Shown piece after piece: positions 39,457 to 49,874 of a DNA stretch of 64,000 bases. The notes beneath the pieces are model-generated. The model saw only the letters and a program-made list of their open reading frames with translations. It was not told the origin of the DNA and ran no database searches. The stretch comes from Moraxella sp. (GTDB taxonomy: Bacteria; Pseudomonadota; Gammaproteobacteria; Pseudomonadales; Moraxellaceae): the NCBI GenBank assembly GCA_030530785.1, contig JAUMUJ010000006.1, forward strand, positions 529-64,528, written 5' to 3'. Both the position numbers and the translations under genes were made by a program. Every line of letters starts with the position of its first letter. Position 1 is the stretch's first letter.

Positions 39457-42400
39457 TTAAAAAAAATGAGCTAATTTGCCAAAACGCGAACGCCGAATCA
39501 GTTCAATCTCCTTCATAATCGTAGCCTCAAAACCTGCAATATTTCGGATATGCCTTGCAGCGTTTTTTGATTTTTCATGGAATAATGATGAATCATAGTA
39601 CATCGCTTCAATGCCTGAAACCATATTACAAACATCATTATAAGGTGCTAATACACCACAGTTCTGCGGAATAAACTCGGAAATAGCAGCACAATCATTG
39701 GTAACAGGCACCAATCCACTCGCCATAGCCTCTCCCAAACTCACACCTTGAGTGTCAAAGCGAGTGGGAGTTAATGCAATACCGTAATCCTTGTGCAAGG
39801 AACTAATCTCCTTTTGGCTCAAAACCCCTTCTTTTAATACCACATTTTCAAAACCTGAAATTGCTTTAGTTTTCTGCCAAAAGGTTCTACCAAAGCCTTG
39901 AATATGGAAAGATAATTTGTGAAAATAAGGCTTTGTACTTAGAGCAAGTATGCATTCTACAATCAAGTCACTGGCATAATTATGATTATCATACGGACGG
40001 ATTGAAAATATTTTTAAACGGTGACTGTCTTCTTTTTTATTGTAAGCAAATAAATTGCCATCAATGTAGTTAGGTATAATATAAGAATTTTGAATTGATA
40101 TCCCCAAGTCGTCTTCGCATAATTGCTTCAAAAACCGTGAAACAAAAACTTTTTTAATATCTGTATTGAGAAAAATTTCAATCGCCAGCTTTTTTCTTAT
40201 TAGATCTTGTTGGAAAATACGCCGAAAATTCCTATTTAATTGTTCACGATCAAAATTATACCACAAATGAGCCACATCACGAACTTCAAATCCATGATAA
40301 AAAACTGTGAGCCTATTCTGAACCCCCAGCTCTTTGATTATTTGAAATGCAGGTTGGCTAAGTGAATGTGCAAAAATGTTACAAGGTGCAGTTCTTGATA
40401 GAACTTTTTTAAGCAGGCGTCTTCCGCCTCGGTAAATTTTCAAATCATTATCCAACTCATTGACAATTTTTACAGATTCAGCATCCTTAAAAACAAAAAC
40501 CTCTATTTTATAACCCGCTCTTTGATACGCTCGCACTCTTGGGGCGATGAAAGCTCCACCGTAACGATTATCCTGATGTGGGTAATCATTACATAGAATA
40601 AGCGTCTTATTAATAGACCTGGTAAGTAGAGAAATACTTTTTTGTGATACGTGCTCTTCTTTTTGATTTTGGTATTGCATCATAGCAACTTCAGAAGTCA
40701 AGAACCGCAATCTTTGCTGATTGAAATACACTGCATTACCATACTTTAAATCCAACATAGGAACATCAGCAGACTCTCTATTGTTTAAGCTTGAATATGT
40801 ATCGTCATATACCAATTCCTTACAATCTGTTTTTTTGATTAGCTGTTGATAAGAGAATCGACCTAGAACTTTTACATCACTCAAATCTTCATCATTACTT
40901 TTTGACGCCAAGATTAAATCAATCAACTTTTTTGTACCGAATCCACGGGAAAAGCTTTCAATATTTATGCGTTTAATCGAGCAATATTTAAAATTCCTTA
41001 AGAACTTTTCAATATCTTGTTTGGTATTCTTAACCCAATAAACACCCTCTACGTCTTTTAACTCTTCTCTCAAAGTTAGCGGTCTTGGGTTTTGCTCACT
41101 TGTGATTATAAGTATTTGTAAATCACAAGCAATATAATCATAAATTTTTGTTGTAGATTCAAAATCATGTCCGCAGTACACAACGCCTAAATTATATGTT
41201 CTAAGTTGACTGTAAATATCGCCTTGCTCTATTTTTCCATGACTTACTATTCGTGGATTATTGCTCTGAAATAACTTAGAACTACTACCAAAATGATGAA
41301 ATTCATACCCCAATAATGAGCTAACTGCACCGATTAAGTTCTTAGGATTTCTATCAGAAGAGAAACTGCCAGCATACACCAGCCGCAACACCTGCTCATT
41401 ACTGGAAATGCCCTTAGGGAAAACATCCTGGTGTTGAGCAATCCAGTCCATACTTTTTACAAAATAACTAGGGATGGTATCGAGCTCATACTTATAAGCC
41501 TTTATTTTCTGAAAAATCTTATTTTCTAGACTAGTCATCACATAACCAGCTGTTTTGGCATTTGTAACATTATGCTCAATTAAACACCTATCATCATATC
41601 CATTAGCTATAACATGAATTGGCTTCGGAGAGTAACTACTCAATAAATCCACACAGGGCTGATTAACAGTAACAACCGCATCAGCCATATCACAAAATTC
41701 ATCTTCAAATCTAGCGCGATCGTCAATAAAATCAGGATTCATTCTAGGATTTCTAGCTAATGGGTCACGATAATCCTGAATAACGAAAGCTTTCCATGTC
41801 AATTTCGAATATATTGTAAAGTAAAAATGCAAAAATGGATTGCCGGTTATAAGCACTATATCATATTCTTTATTAATTTTATCAAAATAAGAAACCAATT
41901 CCTTATTCCATGACAATCCAATTGTATTTACTTTATTTTCGTAACATTTTGATAAGTCTTTCTCCACAGCATTAGTACACAAAGAAGAGTTGATACCAAA
42001 ATCTGGTATATAATGAACATTTTCCATAAAATGTGTCGGCCTGGTTGCTGTAGCCAATTCAACATGTATTTTATTCCCACTAATGGACTTAATATTCTCA
42101 AACCAATAACGAGCTCGCAAAACTCCTACTGCATTCAAATCAATACCAAAATAACTGACAATCAACAATCTCTTAATTGAACTCTCATCAGGTTCACTGC
42201 ATAAAGCTTGATAACCATCAAAATACCCTGACGAAAATACAAAATCTTCCCACCATTGAATTTGAAATATATATTTAGCTCGAAACTCATAAAGAGCTTG
42301 TTTTGTTGTTGCAATAATAAAACTACTATTAGAAAAGTATGTCCAGTACTGCCAATTTATCTGCGGAATTATCCCCTCAATCAATATTCCATAATTAATT

Positions 42401-42762
42401 TTATAGACTTCAAAGTAATTATGGGCTTTTGCTATCTGCTTAATTTCTGACGCAACGACGAAGGGTGTTGCTTTCATTTCATATAAGCAAATAACAATAT
42501 TATCCAAAATTGTAAGAATATTGCCAGCATCAACAGAGCAAATCAACACGTTATTCAGTTTCACAGAACTTTGTTCAAAATGAATAACATTTCTGAAATC
42601 AAAATTATGACGAGTTAAGTTAATTAACACATTAACAGCCTCATCATTTTCTATGACGAGGTTGTTTTTAATTGATTTCATGAAATCACTTTTGTCTAAC
42701 AATTGATCTACTCCATTCACCCTATAATATAATTCAGAGCAGTTTTTCCAGAATCGTATCAA
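39457..42762 (-). CDS. Large two-module GT-B glycosyltransferase (candidate capsule polymerase)
   Basis: Module 1: DYRDP, IANGYD, YAGS, TKIYDY. Module 2: NDYP, HGFE, IPNYID, DTQGVSLGEAMASG. Start codon uncertain. Confidence 0.8.
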   Translation of the reverse strand: MIRFWKNCSELYYRVNGVDQLLDKSDFMKSIKNNLVIENDEAVNVLINLTRHNFDFRNVIHFEQSSVKLNNVLICSVDAGNILTILDNIVICLYEMKATPFVVASEIKQIAKAHNYFEVYKINYGILIEGIIPQINWQYWTYFSNSSFIIATTKQALYEFRAKYIFQIQWWEDFVFSSGYFDGYQALCSEPDESSIKRLLIVSYFGIDLNAVGVLRARYWFENIKSISGNKIHVELATATRPTHFMENVHYIPDFGINSSLCTNAVEKDLSKCYENKVNTIGLSWNKELVSYFDKINKEYDIVLITGNPFLHFYFTIYSKLTWKAFVIQDYRDPLARNPRMNPDFIDDRARFEDEFCDMADAVVTVNQPCVDLLSSYSPKPIHVIANGYDDRCLIEHNVTNAKTAGYVMTSLENKIFQKIKAYKYELDTIPSYFVKSMDWIAQHQDVFPKGISSNEQVLRLVYAGSFSSDRNPKNLIGAVSSLLGYEFHHFGSSSKLFQSNNPRIVSHGKIEQGDIYSQLRTYNLGVVYCGHDFESTTKIYDYIACDLQILIITSEQNPRPLTLREELKDVEGVYWVKNTKQDIEKFLRNFKYCSIKRINIESFSRGFGTKKLIDLILASKSNDEDLSDVKVLGRFSYQQLIKKTDCKELVYDDTYSSLNNRESADVPMLDLKYGNAVYFNQQRLRFLTSEVAMMQYQNQKEEHVSQKSISLLTRSINKTLILCNDYPHQDNRYGGAFIAPRVRAYQRAGYKIEVFVFKDAESVKIVNELDNDLKIYRGGRRLLKKVLSRTAPCNIFAHSLSQPAFQIIKELGVQNRLTVFYHGFEVRDVAHLWYNFDREQLNRNFRRIFQQDLIRKKLAIEIFLNTDIKKVFVSRFLKQLCEDDLGISIQNSYIIPNYIDGNLFAYNKKEDSHRLKIFSIRPYDNHNYASDLIVECILALSTKPYFHKLSFHIQGFGRTFWQKTKAISGFENVVLKEGVLSQKEISSLHKDYGIALTPTRFDTQGVSLGEAMASGLVPVTNDCAAISEFIPQNCGVLAPYNDVCNMVSGIEAMYYDSSLFHEKSKNAARHIRNIAGFEATIMKEIELIRRSRFGKLAHFF

Positions 42763-43789
42763 GAATCATTTTTGATGAATGACCGCTCCCATATGGATTG
42801 GTAGTGGTATCTAAAGGTTCATTTAACCAGCCTTCGTGCCGCTTTAAATCATCATGTGGTGACACAGTAATTAAAGCCCCTAGGTTTACTAAGTCCTGCC
42901 AAAAAGTATCAAAATGACAAATAAATACAGCCTTTTTGCCAAAATAAAATGCTTCTTTCTGCAATCCACCCGAATCTGTTAGAACATACTTGCAACTATT
43001 TAAAGCACCCAACATTTCAAGATAGGAGTAAGGTTGGTGCAGAATAATATTTGCTGGCAATTTAATCCCAAAACGCTCAATAGCAGCTTTTGTTCTAGGA
43101 TGCACAGGAAAATCTACCTCACATTCCAACTTTCCGATATTATCAAATATTTTGTTTAGCACGACAGGGTCATCCGTATTAAAATTACGATGAATTGTTA
43201 ATAGTGCACGATTGCTTTGCTGTACCGTCTGATTCATTTCCTCTCTAAACATACGAACGGTATCGAGCATTATATCACCACTTTTGTACGATTTCCCACC
43301 AAGCCCTTCGCGTTGCAAGTTCAACAAGTCATCATTTGAAATACAAAAAATCATTTCCGACGCATGATCTGTCAGCACTCGATTGAAATGCTCTGGTACT
43401 TTAGTATCAATGTTTCTTACACCACCTTCAATATGAACCAAAGGAATGTAAAGCTTGCCCGCTGCGATAGCTGCCGCTAAAGTTGAATTGGTGTCGCCAT
43501 ATACCAATACAAAGTCCGGCTTTTGATTGCGAAACTCTTCGTACAACTCATTAATCATCATACCTGTTGGTTCAGAATATTGAGTAGAGTTGATATTCAG
43601 ATTTTTATAAGGCTTAGGGATACCTAATTCTTCAAAAAATGAATCACTCATATTAAAATCATAGTGCTGACCTGTATGAATAATTTTTTCACATAACACA
43701 TCACTATAATCAGATTGAATAACACGACTTAATGCAGCTGCCTTAACGAATTGTGGTCTTGCACCAATTACTGTAATAAAGTTTTTCAC
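42734..43789 (-). CDS. wbpI: Non-hydrolysing UDP-sugar 2-epimerase, WbpI/WlbD-type
   Basis: GARPQFVK, HTGQHYDFNMS..FFEEL.IPKP, GDTNSTLA and TDSGGLQKEA; GTG 43789 after GGAGGAG. Confidence 0.8.
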   Translation of the reverse strand: MKNFITVIGARPQFVKAAALSRVIQSDYSDVLCEKIIHTGQHYDFNMSDSFFEELGIPKPYKNLNINSTQYSEPTGMMINELYEEFRNQKPDFVLVYGDTNSTLAAAIAAGKLYIPLVHIEGGVRNIDTKVPEHFNRVLTDHASEMIFCISNDDLLNLQREGLGGKSYKSGDIMLDTVRMFREEMNQTVQQSNRALLTIHRNFNTDDPVVLNKIFDNIGKLECEVDFPVHPRTKAAIERFGIKLPANIILHQPYSYLEMLGALNSCKYVLTDSGGLQKEAFYFGKKAVFICHFDTFWQDLVNLGALITVSPHDDLKRHEGWLNEPLDTTTNPYGSGHSSKMILDTILEKLL

Positions 43790-43794
43790 TTCTT

Positions 43795-45024
43795 CTACTC
43801 CTCCCCTAAAACCGAGCGACAACGAATGCCATCTAGATACTCAAGATTTTCATTATTAACCATGCCTTCTAGGCCAAGATAACTAATATCATTATCAGAA
43901 GCCTCTATTATGTCAACGTAACCCCAATTAAAATATTCAATATAGGCATTGTTTTTGTAATCCTCAGGCAGTACTACAACTTGCTTTGTTGATGGATGAA
44001 GGCAATGTGATAAAATCACTGAGACAGGATCAATTGATTTAAAGGTGATACCCCCCAAATCATCTACAAGCCTAATAACCTCAGCATAATCCGTACCAAT
44101 ATCTCTCGTCATATACTCAGTAATGAATTGCTTATTACGAATCTTCTTCAACGATGCTTGTAACTTTTGATATTCATCATATGGCAACGAATATTTTTTT
44201 CCACTGCATTCAACTTCATTAAACTGTTGTTGCGCCAAAACAGCAGGTTGCTTTTTTTTACTCAAACGCTTTATTGCTGAATTAATAACAAACATAATAC
44301 GAGCGGGTTTTTCATAGTTATAATGTGCAACTTCATATTCTTTAGGTTTCAAGCCTTTGGGGATGGCAGTCTTTTTACGCGTTGAATCAGGATGATCACG
44401 ATAGTCAACAACGATATTCTGAATATATCCAATTTTGCCCAAAGAAGCTATTCGAAGCCAAAGATCGAAATCAGCTGCAGAAGCTGCAAAGTGAGGTGGC
44501 ATTCCAATTTTTTTAAAAATATCCTTGCGGAACATTACCGCACAACCATTAATAAAGCAACCATAATTGGCTAAATTTTCAACGGTTGGTTGATGTTCTG
44601 GTAAAAAAACCATTTGTCTAACATCATTAGTTGAATAGATGGCTGCTCCACAAACAGCGAGCCAATCAGGATTTTCATCTAAAGCCTTAGCCATGCATTG
44701 AATGGAGTGTTCTAAATGTAAATCATCTGAGGACAGAATTGCAACATACTCCCCCTTGGCATTCTCAAGAGCCATATTGAATGTATACGAAGATGCAGTA
44801 ATGCCACTTTGTGATTTTCCGACATAAACCGTATTTGGGTATAAATTAATCAATGGCTCAATATTGACTTTTGATCCATCATCAATCACAACATGCTCAT
44901 AAGATGAATATTTCTGACGTGCAACAGATTCTAAATTCTCACGAAACAATCTTAAACGATCATTTGAACTATCCACATAAACATAGGTTATTATACTAAC
45001 TTTTATTTTATCATTTTGCATCAT
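43795..45024 (-). CDS. GT2 family glycosyltransferase
   Basis: VIDDGS, GEYVAILSSDD and DFDLWLR. Confidence 0.85.
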   Translation of the reverse strand: MMQNDKIKVSIITYVYVDSSNDRLRLFRENLESVARQKYSSYEHVVIDDGSKVNIEPLINLYPNTVYVGKSQSGITASSYTFNMALENAKGEYVAILSSDDLHLEHSIQCMAKALDENPDWLAVCGAAIYSTNDVRQMVFLPEHQPTVENLANYGCFINGCAVMFRKDIFKKIGMPPHFAASAADFDLWLRIASLGKIGYIQNIVVDYRDHPDSTRKKTAIPKGLKPKEYEVAHYNYEKPARIMFVINSAIKRLSKKKQPAVLAQQQFNEVECSGKKYSLPYDEYQKLQASLKKIRNKQFITEYMTRDIGTDYAEVIRLVDDLGGITFKSIDPVSVILSHCLHPSTKQVVVLPEDYKNNAYIEYFNWGYVDIIEASDNDISYLGLEGMVNNENLEYLDGIRCRSVLGEE

Positions 45025-45033
45025 ATCAATCTC

Positions 45034-45873
45034 CTAGTGTGTACAAGACATCAAAATATCTTGCAACTGACCATCCAACACCTTTCGATCTACAAGGTCT
45101 TTTTTGAGTAGATAAGTTAAATCATCATTAGAAAATGTTTGGTCATTTATCAATCTATGAAATGCCTCTAAGCGATGATTACTTATGTTAGATTGAGTTA
45201 AATCAGCACTCAATAAAGGTTTGCTCTTATAATTACAAATTTGACAGATGGCAGAATCTGTTTTAAATACCACATCATTAACAACACAAAAATCTACCTC
45301 GTCTAATTTCATAACAAAATCAGAATAAGAAAACTGCTCATTTATCAAGTAGCTTCTTTTTGGGTTACCAAATTTATCAAGAACATTTTGTGATAATTCA
45401 CCACTAAATCTACCGTTGATAGCAATATACTCTAATTTTTGGGTTCGAAAAACCCCTACCTTTCTATGGAATAGATTATCCAAACATAGATCTCGATCAA
45501 TTTTTACAATATTCTTAAAATTATTACCTGAAGTAGATTGTATAGCTGATAAAATGTCAAATACCTCTTTGCATTTATTTCCATCTGCTGCATCTATCAC
45601 GTTCGAAAAATCAATACAACTCAGGTTGCTTAAATTGCCAAATTTTGCAAATTCTTTAATAAAGTCATATGGAGATACAACTTTATAAGTAATATAATTA
45701 CTTGGAAAAATAAACAAGCTCGTATAGTCAGTATTATTACTGTGATAAAAGTTCTGATTACTAAAAACTTCAGTCATGCGGACAGTACCGCCCAGATTAA
45801 TAATGATTGCAGCTAAATTATGAGCAAAATAATCCTCATACTCAGTGTAGAGAATTTCAAATTTCAAATTCAT
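45034..45873 (-). CDS. Hypothetical protein of the capsule cassette
   Basis: 279-aa ORF coupled to the upstream gene (TAATG overlap); no family recognised. Confidence 0.7.
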   Translation of the reverse strand: MNLKFEILYTEYEDYFAHNLAAIIINLGGTVRMTEVFSNQNFYHSNNTDYTSLFIFPSNYITYKVVSPYDFIKEFAKFGNLSNLSCIDFSNVIDAADGNKCKEVFDILSAIQSTSGNNFKNIVKIDRDLCLDNLFHRKVGVFRTQKLEYIAINGRFSGELSQNVLDKFGNPKRSYLINEQFSYSDFVMKLDEVDFCVVNDVVFKTDSAICQICNYKSKPLLSADLTQSNISNHRLEAFHRLINDQTFSNDDLTYLLKKDLVDRKVLDGQLQDILMSCTH

Positions 45874-47489
45874 TAGTTCATTACCTTTAAAATTAAATCT
45901 AGAGTTTGCTTTGCAGTCGTGTCCAGTCCAAATTCCGATCTAAACTGATGACTCACCTTCATTCGACTCACTTCAAAATCACTTTGGTGGTTCAATACCG
46001 CCTCCACAGCCTGATCGATGTCATTGTGAGTATAGCCAGGATAAATTAATCTTGCAGCCTGAAAATCTTGTAGCATAGACCATTCAATCACAATAGGAAT
46101 CGCACCACTTGCAGCTCCTTCACATAACGCTACAGATTGACTCTCACGCCGCGAACAGTTAACAACAAACCCGACTTGCTGATACCATGCTGGCATATCA
46201 GTCACAAATCCTGAAAATTCAATATGGCTCTCGAGACGCTTCGCGGCTTGCTCAAACATTTCTTTGTACAATCGTTCCGTCTCATTAACTGGGTTTGCAA
46301 AAGGCTTTCCTGCAAATTTAATATTGAAACGCGAATCTATTTTTACAAGCTTCTCCAATAAATGAAGTGCCTTTAAAGGGTTCTTATTATAATCACCCCA
46401 CTGAACCATCCCCAATGTAAATTGAGCGTTTGGTAATTTTTTAGTAGTAAAACTTGAAAAATCAACATAATTTCGAATAATATGATTTTTGAAATCATCA
46501 ATTGCAGCAAATGATTCAAAGCTTTTTTTGGCAATGGTTTTAATATGATCAGCTACAAATATATTTTGATCAATTCGGGAAAAATCAATCAAATGAGGCC
46601 AATAAGTAAATACCTCATAAGCATGACAGCGTGAGATTATTTTAGTATCATCCGGCAAATATCGTGAAACCCAGACAGTGGGATGAACCCACCATTCCGA
46701 CCAAACAATGTCCGCTTGCTGAACTGCCAAATATTGATCAGGAAAATATCTTGCAAATGCCGAAAAAACCTTATCGATGTCTGATGCATTAGTGCCGCGA
46801 GCGACCAATTGCCCATGAGCATGTAAATGGTCCAGCAAAGGAAATTTTGCGTGTTGCTTGGAAAAACCACGGCTAATATCAGTAAATTTTACTTCAACAA
46901 AATCCACATATTGATTAATCACTCCTGATTGATATAGTGGTTTCATGAAATGAAAGTTTTCAGACAAAACAGCAACTTTAATTTTGCCTTTTTTTGGCAT
47001 GTTTATTTTTTGCACACTACGAATTTTTGGCTGAGCTTGCTCTTGTCTAATCCCCTGACTTAAAAAAGATTCAGTAAAGGGTTTCCAAAAACTTTTTAGA
47101 TTGTGCTGATTTTGCAGAAAAATTTGTTCATCTAGCAGAGGGTAGGTCAGACCACCATATGGATTCGAGTAAACTCTTTTTAATTCCTTGATAAAAAAAT
47201 CAGCATACTTGGGAGGAGCTAAAGAGGCAATCTGCTCTTGTGTGTATTGGGTTTGGGGTGAAGATTTTGTAGACATCTTACCAATCTCAATCTGTTGTTC
47301 AGCACTCTTTGGTGTTTCCGATACTTTGATTGTTAGTCGGTGATTATTATCAAGACTATTTTTTTGATCTGATATATTCTCCAAATGAACACCAAAGATT
47401 TGTTGCCCTCTAATTCGAAAAAAATCATAGAAAAACAGTTTAGGATTCCGAAATAATTTTCGAAGTTTTCTTTTGGAAAAAAAACTCAT
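45873..47489 (-). CDS. GT4-like glycosyltransferase with N-terminal basic amphipathic capsule-enzyme motif
   Basis: KRKLRKLFRNPKLFFYDFF N-terminus; RCHAYE, KNP and SRRESQSVALCEGAASGAIP. Confidence 0.8.
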   Translation of the reverse strand: MSFFSKRKLRKLFRNPKLFFYDFFRIRGQQIFGVHLENISDQKNSLDNNHRLTIKVSETPKSAEQQIEIGKMSTKSSPQTQYTQEQIASLAPPKYADFFIKELKRVYSNPYGGLTYPLLDEQIFLQNQHNLKSFWKPFTESFLSQGIRQEQAQPKIRSVQKINMPKKGKIKVAVLSENFHFMKPLYQSGVINQYVDFVEVKFTDISRGFSKQHAKFPLLDHLHAHGQLVARGTNASDIDKVFSAFARYFPDQYLAVQQADIVWSEWWVHPTVWVSRYLPDDTKIISRCHAYEVFTYWPHLIDFSRIDQNIFVADHIKTIAKKSFESFAAIDDFKNHIIRNYVDFSSFTTKKLPNAQFTLGMVQWGDYNKNPLKALHLLEKLVKIDSRFNIKFAGKPFANPVNETERLYKEMFEQAAKRLESHIEFSGFVTDMPAWYQQVGFVVNCSRRESQSVALCEGAASGAIPIVIEWSMLQDFQAARLIYPGYTHNDIDQAVEAVLNHQSDFEVSRMKVSHQFRSEFGLDTTAKQTLDLILKVMN

Positions 47490-47529
47490 ATTACACCATT
47501 TAATTTAATACGCAATTAGAATAAAGCAA

Positions 47530-48792
47530 TTATAACTTCCACTGCACCTCTGTTAAAGTGCCCTTTATATCAATAATCATGGGTGTTCCTACACATAAGC
47601 TTCTAATAGCCTCATCCTTATTGCGGAAATCATCATGATTGACTGCTACAATAATAGCATCGTAATTATCCTTTGGCAGGGCATCGAAGTCAACCGGCTG
47701 AATACCTAAATATCCCCAATCTTCATCGCTTACCCATGGATCACAGTAGCTAACATTAACACCGTATTTCTCGAGCTCATTACCAATGTCAAGCACCTTG
47801 GTATTTCTTACATCTGGACAATTTTCCTTAAAGGTAACACCCAATATCAAAATATTGCTACCTCTAATATTTTTATCATGCTGGATTAATTGTTTAATGG
47901 TTTGCTCTGCAACAAACTTTGACATTGAGTTATTGATAGAGCGGGAAGTTAGTATAAGATTGGGATTTAACCCCAAAGATTTTGCTTTATGTGCTAAGTA
48001 GTAAGGATCCACACCGATACAATGCCCTCCCACCAGACCTGGGAATAATTTGACAAAATTCCATTTGGTGGATGCTGCTTCAATAACTTCATGAGTATCA
48101 ATACCAATCTCATTAAAAATTACTGCAAGTTCATTAATAAGAGCAATATTAACATCTCGTTGTGTATTTTCAATAACCTTAGAGGCTTCCGCTACTTTGA
48201 TTGAGGAAGCTTTAAATGTACCAGCAGTAATTACTGACTTATATATCTCGTCTACAACATTAGCATAATACTCATTAGAGCCAGAAGTAACTTTTAAGAT
48301 GGTTTCAACTGTACGAGTTTTATCACCCGGATTAATTCTCTCAGGTGAATAACCAACACCAAAATCTTGATTCATTTTTAAACCAGATTTTTCAAGCTCC
48401 GGCACACAAACCTCTTCTGTTGCCCCAGGGTAGACCGTTGATTCATAGACAACTATATCGTCTTTCTTGATAATTTGACTTAACATCTGAGAAGCTTTAA
48501 CTAATGGGGTCATATCTGGAAGGTTGTTATCATCAATTGGTGTTGGCACAGTAACAATAAAAACATTCGCACCTGAAAGATCTTGGCTATCAGATGAGAA
48601 AGTAATTCTATCCTGTATAAGTTCCAACTCATCAGATGAAACCTCTTGGGTTTTGTCAATGTTATTTTTTAATTCGCTAATGCGAGCAGCATTAATATCA
48701 AATCCAATCACTTGATATTGTTTTGCAAATAAACAAGCCAAAGGTAAACCTACATAACCCAAACCAATAATGGCTAATCTTAAATTATTCAT
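47530..48792 (-). CDS. UDP-N-acetyl-hexosamine 6-dehydrogenase (WbpA/WbpO/TviB/Gna family)
   Basis: GLGYVGLP, ESTVYPG, SPERINPG, ENTQRD and GGHCIGVDP (catalytic Cys present). Confidence 0.92.
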   Translation of the reverse strand: MNNLRLAIIGLGYVGLPLACLFAKQYQVIGFDINAARISELKNNIDKTQEVSSDELELIQDRITFSSDSQDLSGANVFIVTVPTPIDDNNLPDMTPLVKASQMLSQIIKKDDIVVYESTVYPGATEEVCVPELEKSGLKMNQDFGVGYSPERINPGDKTRTVETILKVTSGSNEYYANVVDEIYKSVITAGTFKASSIKVAEASKVIENTQRDVNIALINELAVIFNEIGIDTHEVIEAASTKWNFVKLFPGLVGGHCIGVDPYYLAHKAKSLGLNPNLILTSRSINNSMSKFVAEQTIKQLIQHDKNIRGSNILILGVTFKENCPDVRNTKVLDIGNELEKYGVNVSYCDPWVSDEDWGYLGIQPVDFDALPKDNYDAIIVAVNHDDFRNKDEAIRSLCVGTPMIIDIKGTLTEVQWKL

Positions 48793-48931
48793 AACACATC
48801 TCTTACCATGAAGTAATTAGAAACTGAACTAAAATAACACCTATATTATAGGACATATTGAACATTCACAACAATCTCACCCATTGATAAAAAAAGCCAA
48901 AGCTACTCATAACCAAACTATATATCGCACA

Positions 48932-49203
48932 CTATTCACTCAGAACTCGGTTAATGAGAGCCATAGTATTCTTACGATTCGGAGAAGAATGCCCGTTTGC
49001 CTCATCATTATAATACACTACTTGCAGACCATTTTCACCCTGTTCATATTCCCAACAATCCAAATTATATCGTTTGTTGATATTATGATGCTCCACATAT
49101 TGCCCTATATGCCTAGTAGTATGAGCAATATCATATGTATTTTGAAATATGATAATTTTTCCTTGATGTTTCAATAGATTTTTTTCCACAGCAATACGTG
49201 AAT
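48932..49203 (-). pseudogene. 3' remnant of an unidentified gene, fused to the truncated wecB
   Basis: 85-aa ORF beginning at the point where wecB similarity breaks; reads like a C-terminal fragment. Confidence 0.5.
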
Positions 49204-49832
49204 GATTAAGACAGCACGGTTCTTACCTAAAAAAGAAAATTGCTCATTGTATTTTTTAAGCAAATCGGTACGAGCTTTTAACTCATTAATTGCCAAAAAT
49301 AATGCATCAATAACGGTATTGCCTGTCACATAAATATTCTTAGGATTGATATTTTCACGCAAGAGATTTGCTTTTGTAGATTCGGTTGGAGCAAAATGAT
49401 ATTTGGCGATAGCACCTGTTAGCTTGCGATTACCTTCTTCTGGCCAAGGGGAGTAGATATTATGTGTTCTTAAACCCGCCTCAATATGAGCGATATCAAT
49501 TTGGTTGTAGTAGGCAGCCAGTGAAGTGGCAGGGGTTGTTGCAGTATCGCCGTGTACAAAAATGGTGGTTGGCTGGTATTCATCAATAACGGGTTGGATT
49601 TTTTCTAAAATGGTAGAAGTTACGGTCGAAAGCATCTGTTTGCTACTCATAATATCCAAGTCATAATCTGGAGTAATTTCAAACAACTCTAAGACTCAGT
49701 CTAGCATTTGGCGGTGCTGAGCGGTAACACAGACTTTAAAATCCAAACCGCTATTTTTAAAACCTTCTACTAAGGAGCCATTTTAATAGCTTCTGGGCGA
49801 GTGCCGAAGACGATTAAACTTCTTGTGTTCAT
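49204..49832 (-). pseudogene. wecB: UDP-GlcNAc 2-epimerase pseudogene (frameshift, nonsense codon, 3' truncation)
   Basis: MNTRSLIVFGTRPEAIKMAP start at 49832; 1-nt deletion ~49772; TGA after AQHRQMLD; VHGDT and HIEAGLRT..SPWPEE present; stops before the HRRE motif. Confidence 0.9.
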
Positions 49833-49874
49833 GAAATAATACTTCAAAAGAAATAAAAACAAACCATAATAATA

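Noticed and set aside
48884-49177. 97-aa plus-strand ORF in the capsule locus
   Set aside because: Antisense to the cassette and to the remnant frame; no supporting motifs.
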